Source: Pseudomonas sp. UBA4194 (lineage in GTDB: Bacteria > Pseudomonadota > Gammaproteobacteria > Pseudomonadales > Pseudomonadaceae). Taken from it: a DNA stretch of 64,000 nucleotides. Each line of letters begins with the position of its first letter. Position 1 is the stretch's first letter. The position numbers and the translations under genes are program-made. The notes beneath the pieces are model-generated. The model searched no databases, had not been told where the DNA came from, and worked only from the letters and a program-made list of their open reading frames with translations. Positions 27,174-37,337 of the stretch are shown here, in pieces. The stretch covers positions 30,833 through 94,832 of the forward strand of contig NZ_DFUE01000030.1 of NCBI RefSeq assembly GCF_002379585.1, written 5' to 3'.

Positions 27174-27271
27174 GCTTGCTCCTGAACTGTCGGACTGACT
27201 GAAATGAGTTTCTGTAAGCGCGCCAATGTTTGGTTCGCTAATCAGATGGAGCTAAATCTACTCCGCTAATA

Positions 27272-27283
27272 TTTAGCGCGCAA
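27272..27283. promoter_or_regulatory. Putative OhrR operator upstream of ohr (TTTAGCGCGCAA)
   Basis: Identical 12-mer also at 27846-27857, upstream of ohrR. Confidence 0.6.
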
Positions 27284-27327
27284 GTCTTTTTTCGCTGTTT
27301 GTCGAACCTGATTCTCAATCTGATAGG

Positions 27328-27801
27328 TCAAAGGCCGTCGTGCAACTGCGCCCTCAGCTTCAAAAGGCTCTTCTGCATGTCCCGCAGTTGCTCCTGATTC
27401 AGACCACTGGCGGCGAGCACGCATGCCGGGATGCGTTTCGCCCTGTCATACAGCGCCTTTCCTTGTTCACTCAGGTACAGCCGGACCACCCGCTCGTCTT
27501 CCTTGCCGCGTGTACGATGGATCAGCCCCTCTGCTTCGAGACGCTTGAGCAGCGGCGTCATGGAACCCGGATCGGTCAGCATACGCGCACTGATATCGCT
27601 TACGGTCAAACCGTCCGTTTCCCACAGCACCAGCATGGTCAGGTATTGCGGGTAGGTGAGGTTCAGATCCAGCAGCAGGGGCTTGTACACCTTGGTCATC
27701 ATCAGTGACGTGGAGTACAGGGAGTAACACAGTTGGTTTTGCAGGAGCAGATCGGCGCATTGACCGGTTGGGGCAGAAGGGGAGTTGTCGTCGGCGTTCA
27801 T
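27328..27801 (-). CDS. ohrR: MarR family organic peroxide sensor OhrR (2-Cys type)
   Basis: NQLCYSLYSTS, LTYPQYL, MTPLLKRLE, DERVV, second Cys in IPAC; adjacent to ohr. Confidence 0.93.
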   Translation of the reverse strand: MNADDNSPSAPTGQCADLLLQNQLCYSLYSTSLMMTKVYKPLLLDLNLTYPQYLTMLVLWETDGLTVSDISARMLTDPGSMTPLLKRLEAEGLIHRTRGKEDERVVRLYLSEQGKALYDRAKRIPACVLAASGLNQEQLRDMQKSLLKLRAQLHDGL

Positions 27802-27845
27802 GGGCGGTCCTGCATCGGGAAAGCGGGTAATTTAGCGCTCGTATC

Positions 27846-27857
27846 TTTAGCGCGCAA
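27846..27857. promoter_or_regulatory. Putative OhrR operator upstream of ohrR
   Basis: Same 12-mer as 27272-27283. Confidence 0.55.
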
Positions 27858-27890
27858 TATAATTGCCCGGTTCCCGATCGGTGCTGTCAA

Positions 27891-29510
27891 TCACACCTTG
27901 AAGCGGCTGGTCATTGTTTTCAACTGCGTGGCCAGGCGTGACAAATCGTGGCTCGCGGCGCTGGTCTGCTCGGCACCGCGAGATGTCTGGTGGGACAGAT
28001 CGCGGATGCGCATGAGGTTGCCATCCACTTCGCGCGCAACTTGAGCCTGCTGCTCCGCGGCCGTGGCGATGACCACATTGCGTTCGTTGATGACTTCCAC
28101 GGCTGCAGTGATCAGGTGCAGGGCGTGATCGGTACGGTTGGCGCGATCCAGGGTTTCAGTGGTTTGCTCGGCGCTCGACTGCATCGCGTCCACGGTTTCC
28201 TGAGTCGACAGCTGCACGGTGCCGATAAGCGACTCGATTTCCCGGGTCGATTCGCGGGTCCGATGGGCCAGGGCCCGCACTTCATCGGCCACCACAGCAA
28301 AGCCGCGACCGGCTTCACCGGCTCGCGCCGCTTCGATGGCAGCGTTCAGGGCCAGCAGGTTGGTTTGCTCGGCCACGGCACGAATGACATCCAGCACCTT
28401 GCTGATCTCCACCGTCTGCGCAGCCAGACTCTGCACCCGGCCCGACGTGGTGTTCACGCGGGTCACCATGGTGTTGAGGGAAGTGATGGTCTGGCTCAGT
28501 TCGCTCTGGCCTTGCTGAGCGGTGTGCGAGGACGCTTTGGATTCATTGGACGTGGAGACAGCGTTGCGGGCTACTTCCTCGATGGCCGCGCTCATCTGGT
28601 TGAACGCAGCCGCGGCCTGGTCGATTTCGCGATTCTGCAGCAACAGCCCCTCGGTGCTTTGCGCCATGACCTGGCTCATTTCCTCGGCGGCGCTGGACAA
28701 CTGTTCGGTGGACTGGGAAATCTCACTGATCGTATTGCGCAGGTTCGCCTGCATCAGGCTCAACGACTGCAACAGCTGCGCGGGTTCATCCGTACCGGAG
28801 CTGTCGATGTCGCCAGACAAATCATTGCCGGCAATACGTTTGGAGGTCGCCAGTGCGGTGCTCAGGGGTTTGTTGATGCTCAAGCTGAAGCGCCAGCTCA
28901 ACAGCACCGAGGCCGCGACCGCCAGGCCGATGGCAATCAGGGTGATGAGCCGGGCCTGGTCGCTGGTCTGCGCTGCTGCAATGGCCGCCGTATGAGCCTG
29001 CTCGCGTTCTAGACGGTTGAGCAGCTCGGTCTGTTCGTTGATGGTGGTGCCAAAGGCGCCCATGGCCCGCAACTGCGCGGCGGCATCTTCAGTCCGCCCG
29101 CTTTCCATTTGCTTCAACTCGACGGCCACGCCTTCCTTGTAGGACTCGTACGCCCGCGACAATGTGCTCAGCGCTTCACGCTTGGCAGAGGTGTCCGCAC
29201 TGGCGCGGTAGTCCGCCAGGTTCTTGTCCACCACAGCCTTGAGTGCAGCAATGGTTTCCGCCGCCTTGGCGTGGTCAGCCTGGGTGGTGAACGTGTGCAC
29301 CTGATAGGCCGTGATACGCAGCCGAGAGATGTTCAAGCCCAGCTCGTTGCTCAGGTTGATGCCCTGAATGGAGCGGGTCTCCATCTCTTCCAGCGTGTGA
29401 CGAATCTCGCTCATCTGCGCCAGACAGAAAAGCCCGAGGCCTGCCAGCATCGAGATCATCATGGCGAAACAGAGGAGGGTACGAGCAGGGATCTTGAGCT
29501 TTCTTAGCAT
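27891..29510 (-). CDS. Methyl-accepting chemotaxis protein (4HB-type sensor, HAMP)
   Basis: Two TM helices, HAMP, signalling domain [31 protein letters not shown]. Confidence 0.96.
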   Translation of the reverse strand: MLRKLKIPARTLLCFAMMISMLAGLGLFCLAQMSEIRHTLEEMETRSIQGINLSNELGLNISRLRITAYQVHTFTTQADHAKAAETIAALKAVVDKNLADYRASADTSAKREALSTLSRAYESYKEGVAVELKQMESGRTEDAAAQLRAMGAFGTTINEQTELLNRLEREQAHTAAIAAAQTSDQARLITLIAIGLAVAASVLLSWRFSLSINKPLSTALATSKRIAGNDLSGDIDSSGTDEPAQLLQSLSLMQANLRNTISEISQSTEQLSSAAEEMSQVMAQSTEGLLLQNREIDQAAAAFNQMSAAIEEVARNAVSTSNESKASSHTAQQGQSELSQTITSLNTMVTRVNTTSGRVQSLAAQTVEISKVLDVIRAVAEQTNLLALNAAIEAARAGEAGRGFAVVADEVRALAHRTRESTREIESLIGTVQLSTQETVDAMQSSAEQTTETLDRANRTDHALHLITAAVEVINERNVVIATAAEQQAQVAREVDGNLMRIRDLSHQTSRGAEQTSAASHDLSRLATQLKTMTSRFKV

Positions 29511-29983
29511 GTGGGCGTGCCCGAAGGCGTCTCAGCTTTCGCAGCACCGAGAAATTCTGCCGTGTGGCTGGCATCTGTCCATGGCATCAGGGGCTGCTGG
29601 AGGTGTACTAGAAATCAATTTCTGTACAGGGGTTGTGCTGGTTGGAGGTGCAAATAATAGGAAGGTTCAGCCATGCCAGTAAAAAAAGTGGCTAACTGAC
29701 ATCACTCGCGCAGCGGGTCTGATTCGTCGCTGGGCCGCACCGCAGACGCATCCTCGTATCAAGAAACAATTCCGAATTTCCCTGCAAGCCAAGGCCGTGC
29801 AAGCTGCACGACCTCTGAGCCTTTGTGAAGCTCATCTAATGGGTGTGGTGCTGGCACGACGTCAGGTACCGCTAGCAGATACAGACCTGTGGTAAGGCGC
29901 ATCACGTTTGAAGCCCGCCTAGCTGAGTAGTGCAGGTGTTGGTGCGATTAGGGAAGCCGTATAAACCTATAAAAAGGGACTAA

Positions 29984-31180
29984 ATGATGATCTCTGAAAA
30001 ACTTCCACTGAAGACCTATCTGTATTTTTTGGCTCAGTCTATCAATCTCACGGCTGCCGTCATGTCGGTAACGATGGTGGCGGTAATAGGCGCCCAACTT
30101 GCGCCATCCCCGCAATGGTCAACGTTGCCCTACGGCATGCAGTTTCTCTCGCTGATGATAGCAACCTATCCGGCATCGAAATTTATGAGTCTCTACGGCC
30201 GGCGCGCTGGCTTTCACATGGGCAATCTATCACTGGCATTATCTGGAGTAACCGGCTTTCATGCCTTGCAAACGGGAAGCTTTAATTGGCTTCTGATATC
30301 TCACGCTGCGCTGGGAAGCTACATTGCCTTCGCGAACTTCAATCGATTTGCCGCAACCGATGGGGTCGGAGACGCTTTAAAGGCAAAAGCCATTTCCCTT
30401 GTCGTGGCCGGTGGGGTAGTGGCGGCTTTCATTGGCCCCCTGGTGGCGACTTCGCTTCGATCCGCTGGCGGCTTTAGCGACTTTGCTCTCTGCTACGGCT
30501 TTTTTGTGCCACTGGCGATCGTATCCGCCGCTGTGAACCAGATGACGCCGGTCGCTGAGATAAAGCATGTAGGCGATCGTGCAACACCTGAGCTTCTTCG
30601 AACGAGATCCAGCCGTGACTTGGCGCCACCTATCGTTATTGCCGCGATGGGGTATGGTCTTATGAATTTGCTCATGATCCAGGCCTCTTTACAGATGGCC
30701 GCTATGCATACGCATTTTCAGACCATTGGAACTGTAATCCAATGGCACGTATTCGCTATGTTCGCGCCCTCCTTTGTCACGGGATACCTTATTTCCCGTA
30801 TGGGCATCAATATCCTGATAGTGCTTGGGCTTGGGCTACTGTCATTGTCTGCACTTATAAATCTTCTTCACCTATCAGAATCTTCAATCTGGATTGCGTT
30901 GGTCGTTCTGGGGTTGGGGTGGAACTTTACCTATGTAGCGGGAGGCGCGCTGCTTGCCCAGCGGCTTGGCGACCATAAAGATGCCATGAAAATTCAAGGC
31001 ATCAATGACTTGGTTATCGCGGTGCTGGCGACTGCTGGGGCTTTTCTTCCAGGCATGCTGCTTGTCTGGCTAGGGTGGAGCGGTACCAACGCTGGGGTAG
31101 CGATTCTGGCGTTGGGCCTGATTGGGTATTTTCTGGTCTCCATACGGCGGAATGCAAGATTCGCGGAGGTAGACCAATGA
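29984..31180 (+). CDS. MFS transporter
   Basis: About 12 TM segments; RFAATD, KAISLVVAGGVVAAFIGP, QWHVFAMFAPSFVTG, GLGWNF. Confidence 0.88.
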   Translation: MMISEKLPLKTYLYFLAQSINLTAAVMSVTMVAVIGAQLAPSPQWSTLPYGMQFLSLMIATYPASKFMSLYGRRAGFHMGNLSLALSGVTGFHALQTGSFNWLLISHAALGSYIAFANFNRFAATDGVGDALKAKAISLVVAGGVVAAFIGPLVATSLRSAGGFSDFALCYGFFVPLAIVSAAVNQMTPVAEIKHVGDRATPELLRTRSSRDLAPPIVIAAMGYGLMNLLMIQASLQMAAMHTHFQTIGTVIQWHVFAMFAPSFVTGYLISRMGINILIVLGLGLLSLSALINLLHLSESSIWIALVVLGLGWNFTYVAGGALLAQRLGDHKDAMKIQGINDLVIAVLATAGAFLPGMLLVWLGWSGTNAGVAILALGLIGYFLVSIRRNARFAEVDQ

Positions 31181-32082
31181 CACTTAGGCAAAGCCTTATG
31201 ATCCGTCCAGGACTTGTCATTAAACTTGAGATGAACAATCCTGGAGGAAGTCATAAATATAGAGCTGCCCGCCACATAATAGAATTAGCCATAGAGTCGG
31301 GCGGCATTGTGCCTGGCCGGACAACAATAATTGAAAAAACCGGAGGAAATTTCGGCTTTGGTCTATTGGCGGTATGTCAGCGTTATGGGATACAGGTGGA
31401 TTTGGCAGTAGGCCTAAGCTATAGCGCAAGGAAGAGGGAGCTGCTTGCCGGTCTCGGCGCAAATCTCATCGGCCAAGACATGCTAGCGGAGGGGGCATCG
31501 CCTGCAAAGGTGGTGGAATACTTCCTTGATAGCCGAACCCGCTGTGATAAAAAATATTTCTATACCGATCAGTTCAGCAATGCCTTGGGTGTTGAAGCTC
31601 ATCAGATGGACACAGGAAGAGAATTTGCGGATCAAATCAGGGCTGTCAGCAAGGCTGTGAACGTGGTGTTCGTCGGTTGCGCTGGCACAGGAGCCAGCTT
31701 CACAGGAGTGTGTAGGGGGTTGTGCGACGGTGGTTTCAAGGTAGAGGCTCATCTGATAGAACCCGCGCAGTGTGATACCCGTTCGGGTCAGTTTAGCGAC
31801 CATCGATTTGAAGGAATAGCGGTAGGTGTTGCGCCGCCATTCCTAGATTGGGGATTGGTACATCGCGTTCACAAGGTGACGATCAAAGAGATGGTCGATG
31901 CCCAGCGATGGGCATATGGTCAACTAGGGATTTACATCGGCAACAGTTCGGCGGGATGCTTAGCAGTGGCTCGTAGCTTACATTGCGAGATTGACCCAGG
32001 TGACACTGTCGTTGCGTGCATCTCATATGACAGTGGGCATTGGTATTCAGATATGACGTCCGCACCTCGCGATCCAGCTTAG
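31177..32082 (+). CDS. PLP-dependent fold-type II enzyme, cysteine synthase-like (atypical)
   Basis: KLEMNNPGGSHKYR (PLP Lys), IIEKTGGNFG, DQFSN, GCAGTGASFTG, EGIA, GNSSAG; ATGA overlap with the MFS stop. Confidence 0.85.
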   Translation: MTLRQSLMIRPGLVIKLEMNNPGGSHKYRAARHIIELAIESGGIVPGRTTIIEKTGGNFGFGLLAVCQRYGIQVDLAVGLSYSARKRELLAGLGANLIGQDMLAEGASPAKVVEYFLDSRTRCDKKYFYTDQFSNALGVEAHQMDTGREFADQIRAVSKAVNVVFVGCAGTGASFTGVCRGLCDGGFKVEAHLIEPAQCDTRSGQFSDHRFEGIAVGVAPPFLDWGLVHRVHKVTIKEMVDAQRWAYGQLGIYIGNSSAGCLAVARSLHCEIDPGDTVVACISYDSGHWYSDMTSAPRDPA

Positions 32083-32441
32083 TAAGAACTGATGGACTAT
32101 AGGCGTTAGACCACGCGCTAGTGCCGAGGCGAGAACGTGATGTGGCACGCCAAGTTAGTCAACACGACTGCCGCGTGTATCTGCCATGCACCAGGTATCC
32201 ATAGGTACGTGCCATCTGTTTCTGAGGTGCTACTAAGCGATAGGAATTCTTGCCAAATGGGGGCGGCGCGATCAGTCAGAACGGCGAGGATGCCGGTACC
32301 GCCATATGGACCAGCGGCGGCGGCAACCTCTTAGCTTCTGGGCAGGTTCGGGTGCACAGTCAGTGCACGGCCACTCCGTCCTTTAGGACGCCATACGCGA
32401 TCGGGTAGCGTGGTGAAGCGCTCCAGGGTGGGAGTGCGCGA

Positions 32442-33668
32442 TCAACCGGGCTGGGCTACCAGCCCATTGCTGACACTACGCCCCAACACCAGCACCGTAG
32501 CAAAACCGCAGCCCACCAACGCTGTGGCCAGACTCAACAGCACCGCGCTGCCCAGTTGGTCGACGATCATTCCGCCGAAGAACGAGCCCAAGGCGATGAT
32601 CACCTGGAACAACGCCACGAACAGGGGCATGCCGCGCTCCACGTCCTTGGGCGCCACCACGAACATCCAGATGCTGGCGCAGGCGGGGAAGGCACCGAAG
32701 GCAAAGCCCCAGAGCGCGATCAGCATGGCGGCGCCGGTCATGCCGGTTGCGAAGTAGGGGAACAGGGCGGTGCTGGTGCCGATCAGCAATGCAACCAGCA
32801 GCAGCGTGTGACGTACGCTGCGGTTGGCAGCGAAACCGGCGAACACATTACCGATCACCCCGGCTACCCCGTAAAGCAGCAACAGCGAGCCAATGGTCGG
32901 CCCGTCGAAGCCTGAGCTTTGCTTGAAGAAAGGCGCGACATAGGTGTAAGCGGCAAAGTGCGCCAGTCCTATCAGCAACACCGCGATCAAGCCCACTCGA
33001 GCCTGTGGATTGATGAACAGGGCCGGCAGGTCGCTGATGCGGATGGCCTTGTCCGGGGTCAGGCGCGGCAGCAGAAAGATCTGCGCCAACAGCACCGGGA
33101 TGCCCACCAGCGCGGTGACCAGAAACGTCATGCGCCAGCCCATCAAACCACTGAGCCAGGTGCCCACTGGCACGCCCAGCACGGTAGCCAGGGTCACACC
33201 CACCATAATGATCGAAGTGGCCTGGGCGACTCCGACGCCCCGGGGCGCCAGTCGCCCGCTGAGGGCAATTGCCGTCGCCCAGAAGCCACCGATACTGATG
33301 CCCAACAGTACGCGCCCGAACAGCAGCAAACTGAAGTCGCTGGCATAGGCCACTACCGAGTTGGCGATGATCATGATCAGTGTCAGGCCGATCAGCAGAT
33401 AGCGACGGTCCATGCCGCCAATCGCCACTGAGAGCAGGGGGGCCGCAAGGGCAGCCATGATGCCGGGCAGGGTCACCATCAAACCGGCGTGGCCGGCGCT
33501 GATGCCCAAGTCACTGGCCACGTCGTTGAGCACACCTACCGGCAGAAACTCGCTGGTCACCAGGGCGAAGGCACCCACCGCGACTGAAAGAATGGCCAGC
33601 CACTGCTGTTTGACACTTTGCTGACTATGTTCGGGAAGGCTCTGGGAGGCCTGGCTGGGATTTGGCAT
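32442..33668 (-). CDS. MFS transporter (NepI/AraJ-like)
   Basis: FALVTSEFLPVG, GISIGGFW, GWRMTF, AHFAAYTYV. Confidence 0.9.
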   Translation of the reverse strand: MPNPSQASQSLPEHSQQSVKQQWLAILSVAVGAFALVTSEFLPVGVLNDVASDLGISAGHAGLMVTLPGIMAALAAPLLSVAIGGMDRRYLLIGLTLIMIIANSVVAYASDFSLLLFGRVLLGISIGGFWATAIALSGRLAPRGVGVAQATSIIMVGVTLATVLGVPVGTWLSGLMGWRMTFLVTALVGIPVLLAQIFLLPRLTPDKAIRISDLPALFINPQARVGLIAVLLIGLAHFAAYTYVAPFFKQSSGFDGPTIGSLLLLYGVAGVIGNVFAGFAANRSVRHTLLLVALLIGTSTALFPYFATGMTGAAMLIALWGFAFGAFPACASIWMFVVAPKDVERGMPLFVALFQVIIALGSFFGGMIVDQLGSAVLLSLATALVGCGFATVLVLGRSVSNGLVAQPG

Positions 33669-33891
33669 GGTGCTGAATTCCATAGGGGATATCGCCTGAA
33701 GGCAGGCGAGGGGAGAGCGGGGAGAAAGTGCGGCGATTATAGGGGGCGATTGTGGCAAACGTAGAGCCGGCCGGTTTGATAGTCATCATCAGTGCTATCG
33801 ATGAGTCGCACTAAAGTCCCAGGCTGCTTCCTTCCGAAAATCGGTCGTCATGCCGAGACTGCGGCTTGCCCCGCGGTCTCGGTATGATAGA

Positions 33892-33901
33892 TTGTATACA
33901 A
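33892..33901. promoter_or_regulatory. GntR-type palindromic operator TTGTATACAA upstream of the NCS2 permease
   Basis: Perfect 10-bp palindrome of the GntR-family type in an AT-rich promoter region. Confidence 0.5.
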
Positions 33902-33968
33902 AACAATGGACACATTGAGGCAATACTGAATACAGTACCTGACAACAAAAAAACTGGGTACCACCACC

Positions 33969-35492
33969 ATGACAATGTCCCCAACCGCTGCTGTCCGTCC
34001 CGAAGACGAAAACCTCGGCCTGTTCGCCAACATGGCATACGGGCTTCAGCATGTGCTGACCATGTACGGAGGCATCGTCGCGGTGCCGTTGATCATCGGC
34101 CAGGCGGCGGGACTTTCGCCCGCAGAGATCGGGCTGCTGGTGGCCGCATCGCTGTTTGCCGGTGGGCTGGCAACGCTGCTGCAAACACTGGGTGTACCGT
34201 TCTTCGGCTGCCAGCTGCCGCTGGTGCAGGGGGTGTCGTTTTCCGGGGTCGCGACCATGGTGGCGATCGTCGGAAGTCAGGAGGGCGGAGGTGTCGCATC
34301 GATTCTCGGTGCCGTCATGGCCGCCTCACTGATCGGGCTGCTGATCACTCCGGTGTTCTCGCGCATTACCCGGTTTTTCCCACCGCTGGTCACCGGCATC
34401 GTCATTACCACCATTGGCCTGACGTTGATGCCGGTAGCAGCACGGTGGGCCATGGGCGGCAACAGCCATGCCGAAGACTTCGGCAGCATGGGCAACATTG
34501 GCCTGGCTGCACTTACCCTGATATTGGTGCTGGTGTTGAGCAAGGTCGGCAGCGCTACCGTTTCGCGCCTGTCCATTCTTCTGGCCATGGTGATCGGCAC
34601 CGGGATCGCCACGCTGCTGGGCATGGCTGACTTCTCCACGGTCAGCGAAGGGCCGATCTTCGGCCTGCCGAGCCCCTTCCACTTCGGGGTGCCGACCTTC
34701 CACGTCGCGGCGATCATTTCCATGTGCATCGTGGTCATCGTGACATTGGTGGAAACCTCGGCCGATATTCTTGCCGTGGGAGAAATCATCGACACCAAGG
34801 TGGACGCCAAGAGACTGGGCAACGGCCTGCGCGCCGACATGCTGTCCAGCCTGCTGGCACCCATCTTCGGTTCGTTCACCCAGAGCGCCTTCGCCCAGAA
34901 CGTCGGTCTGGTGGCCGTGACCGGGGTTAAAAGCCGCTACGTGGTGGCCACCGGCGGGGTGTTTCTGGTGATCCTCGGCCTGCTGCTGGTGATGGGCCGT
35001 GTCATCGCCGCGGTCCCCACTTCAGTACTGGGCGGCGCCGGTATCGTACTGTTCGGCACCGTAGCCGCCAGCGGTATTCGTACCCTGTCGAAGGTCGACT
35101 ACCGCAACAACATGAACCTGATCATCGTCGCCACCTCGATCGGCTTCGGCATGATTCCGATTGCTGCGCCGAACTTCTACGATCATTTCCCGACCTGGTT
35201 CGCCACCATTTTTCACTCCGGTATCAGCTCGTCAGCCATCATGGCGATCTTTCTCAACCTGGCTTACAACCACTTCACGGCCGGCAACTCCGACCAGCAG
35301 TCGGTGTTCGTTGCCGGCACCGAACGTAGCTTGCAGTATCGCGATGTCGCAGCGTTGCGGGATGGGGACTATTTCAGTGGGGGTAAGCTGTATAACAAGG
35401 AGCACCAGGAGATTCCGCTGGTAGGCAAGCCTGGCGCGCTGCAGGCCAGCGGGCAACCTGGGGCGATGACTGCGGCTTCCGAGCATTCCTGA
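33969..35492 (+). CDS. Nucleobase:cation symporter-2 (xanthine/uric acid permease family)
   Basis: GLQHVLTMYGG, LPLVQGVSF, FPPLVTG, SAFAQNVGLVAVTGVKSR signature. Confidence 0.93.
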   Translation: MTMSPTAAVRPEDENLGLFANMAYGLQHVLTMYGGIVAVPLIIGQAAGLSPAEIGLLVAASLFAGGLATLLQTLGVPFFGCQLPLVQGVSFSGVATMVAIVGSQEGGGVASILGAVMAASLIGLLITPVFSRITRFFPPLVTGIVITTIGLTLMPVAARWAMGGNSHAEDFGSMGNIGLAALTLILVLVLSKVGSATVSRLSILLAMVIGTGIATLLGMADFSTVSEGPIFGLPSPFHFGVPTFHVAAIISMCIVVIVTLVETSADILAVGEIIDTKVDAKRLGNGLRADMLSSLLAPIFGSFTQSAFAQNVGLVAVTGVKSRYVVATGGVFLVILGLLLVMGRVIAAVPTSVLGGAGIVLFGTVAASGIRTLSKVDYRNNMNLIIVATSIGFGMIPIAAPNFYDHFPTWFATIFHSGISSSAIMAIFLNLAYNHFTAGNSDQQSVFVAGTERSLQYRDVAALRDGDYFSGGKLYNKEHQEIPLVGKPGALQASGQPGAMTAASEHS

Positions 35493-35527
35493 GAGACGCC
35501 GCGGCGAGATCAGGGCGGTATCGAGTG

Positions 35528-35558
35528 TAAAAAAAAGGCGCTCCGAAGAGCGCCTTTT
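35528..35558. terminator. Bidirectional Rho-independent terminator
   Basis: A-run-GGCGCTC-CGAA-GAGCGCC-TTTT between the convergent NCS2 and ibpA genes. Confidence 0.85.
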
Positions 35559-35564
35559 CACAGG

Positions 35565-36023
35565 TTACTGCGCGTTTACCGCCTTCAGGTCAGGCTTGTC
35601 AGCCCCACCTATGCTGATGCGCCGAGGTTTGGCCTCCTCCGGCACCACTCGCAGCAAGTCGATGCTAAGCAACCCGCTCTTGAGTGAAGCGCCCTGCACC
35701 TCGATGTGATCTGCCAAACGGAACGACAACCGGAATGCCCGTTGGGCGATGCCCTGGTGCAGGTAGGTGACGCCGCCATCAGTTTCACGCTTGCCACCGG
35801 CGACAGTCAGAACGCCTTTCTCGACTTGAATATCCATGTCCTCCTCGGCCAATCCAGCGGCGGCGATAACAATGCGGTATTCGTTATCACCGTGCTTCTC
35901 GACGTTATGAGGGGGATAGGCATTCCCGGCCTCGCTACGGAGCGCCGATTCGAACAGGTCGTTGAAACGATCAAAGCCTACGGACTGGCGGAACAGGGGA
36001 GCCAGTGAAAGGGTAGTAGCCAT
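35565..36023 (-). CDS. ibpA: Small heat shock protein (Hsp20)
   Basis: SLAPLFRQSVGFDRFNDLF, YPPHNVEK, YLHQGIAQRAFRLSFRLADHIEV, PEEAKPRRI. Confidence 0.93.
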   Translation of the reverse strand: MATTLSLAPLFRQSVGFDRFNDLFESALRSEAGNAYPPHNVEKHGDNEYRIVIAAAGLAEEDMDIQVEKGVLTVAGGKRETDGGVTYLHQGIAQRAFRLSFRLADHIEVQGASLKSGLLSIDLLRVVPEEAKPRRISIGGADKPDLKAVNAQ

Positions 36024-36119
36024 TGCGAAATCTCCTGAGGTTTCTCCAAGTGATTTGAAACGCGGCCCGATTTCGGCACCGCGTAATCCGAATGTATGAA
36101 CGGAGAAAAAGCTTTCAAG
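36024..36119 (-). promoter_or_regulatory. Probable sigma32 promoter and structured 5'UTR (RNA-thermometer-like) of ibpA
   Basis: -35 CTTGAAA at 36119-36113 and a weak -10 (TCATACAT); GC hairpin CGCGGTGCCGAAATCGGGCCGCG at 36083-36061, then AGGAG RBS. Confidence 0.5.
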
Positions 36120-36161
36120 AGGCGCAAGGAAAATTTTTTTTAGAAATCGATGCGCAACGCT

Positions 36162-37238
36162 CTACTTGTCCTTGCGCGCGTCCATCGTCTTCTGGTGTTC
36201 AGCCAGGAACGGCTGTTCGGCCACATCGAAGCGGTCTATGCCTGCGGTGAATCGATGCCAGTACGGATACAGCGGCTGCCGGCGGGTGATGGCTTCGATG
36301 CGCGAAGTTTGTTCCGACGTCAGCTTCAGATCCACTGCGGCCAGATTGTCACGAAGGTGCTCTTCAGTCCGCGCACCGACGATCAGCGAAGTGATGCCCG
36401 GGCGATCCTTGAGCCAAGCCAGGCAAACCCGTGCCACCGAGACGCCGTGTTCTTCGCCTACGGCCGCCAGCGTTTCGATGATGTCCAGCGCGCGCTCCTG
36501 ATCATGCACGTAGGGCTCCGGCCAATCGGTACCTTGACGGTGTCCTTCGGACGGCTTCTGCCCTCGACGGGTCGTACCCGTCAGCAGGCCTTCGCCCAGC
36601 GGCGCCCACACCAGCGTACCCACCGATTGATCCAATGCGAGAGGTAGCAACTCATACTCGGCTTCCCGCGACTCGGGGGTGTAGTAGATCTGCTGAGTGA
36701 TGGGTTTGATGAAGCCGTTGAGCTCGGCTTTGCCGAGCGTCTTCATCATCTGCCAACCGGTGAAATTGCTGGTACCGAAGTAGCGAATCTTTCCCGAGTT
36801 GACCAGGTGAGTCAGGGCTTCGAGCGTTTCCTCGATGGGTGTCAGACCATCCCAGTTATGAAGCTGGTACAGATCCAGATGGTCGGTGCGAAGGCGTTTG
36901 AGGCTCGCCTCGCAAGCGCGAATCAAGTGGTAGCGCGACGACCCTGAGTTGTTCGGATTGTCGTCGACCGGACTGCGACCTTTGGAGGCCAGGAGGATGT
37001 CGTTGCGCTTTTCCCCCAACGCCTGACCCACCACTTCCTCTGCCAGGCCGTGAGAGTAAAGGTCGGCGGTGTCGATCATGTTGACCCCGGCCTCGAAGGC
37101 GATGTCGAACATCCGCTTGGCGGTTGGGACATCCACCGCCCCGCATTTGGCAAACTCGGCACGGCCCCCGAATGGAACGGTACCCAGCACGATTTCGGAT
37201 ACAAGCAGGCCGGAATCACCTAGCTGTCGATAGTGCAT
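36162..37238 (-). CDS. Aldo/keto reductase
   Basis: YRQLGDSGLLVSEIVLGT, IDTADLYS, SLKRLRTDHLDLYQLH, GKIRYFGTSN, LIVGART. Confidence 0.95.
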   Translation of the reverse strand: MHYRQLGDSGLLVSEIVLGTVPFGGRAEFAKCGAVDVPTAKRMFDIAFEAGVNMIDTADLYSHGLAEEVVGQALGEKRNDILLASKGRSPVDDNPNNSGSSRYHLIRACEASLKRLRTDHLDLYQLHNWDGLTPIEETLEALTHLVNSGKIRYFGTSNFTGWQMMKTLGKAELNGFIKPITQQIYYTPESREAEYELLPLALDQSVGTLVWAPLGEGLLTGTTRRGQKPSEGHRQGTDWPEPYVHDQERALDIIETLAAVGEEHGVSVARVCLAWLKDRPGITSLIVGARTEEHLRDNLAAVDLKLTSEQTSRIEAITRRQPLYPYWHRFTAGIDRFDVAEQPFLAEHQKTMDARKDK

Positions 37239-37337
37239 ATTGCTCTCCCAGATCACATAGAACGTGTGTGTCTGAAAGGCAGAAGTACGAGAAGTTTGAA
37301 TTGATTTCGGTGCGGGTGTCAGTGCGTTCTGCTTGAT

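Noticed and set aside
32083..32441. Possible small ORF or sRNA in the spacer after the cysteine-synthase-like gene
   Set aside because: The 65-aa ORF has no clear RBS or motif, and only short palindromes (GTGCAC-N5-GTGCAC) are present; support is insufficient
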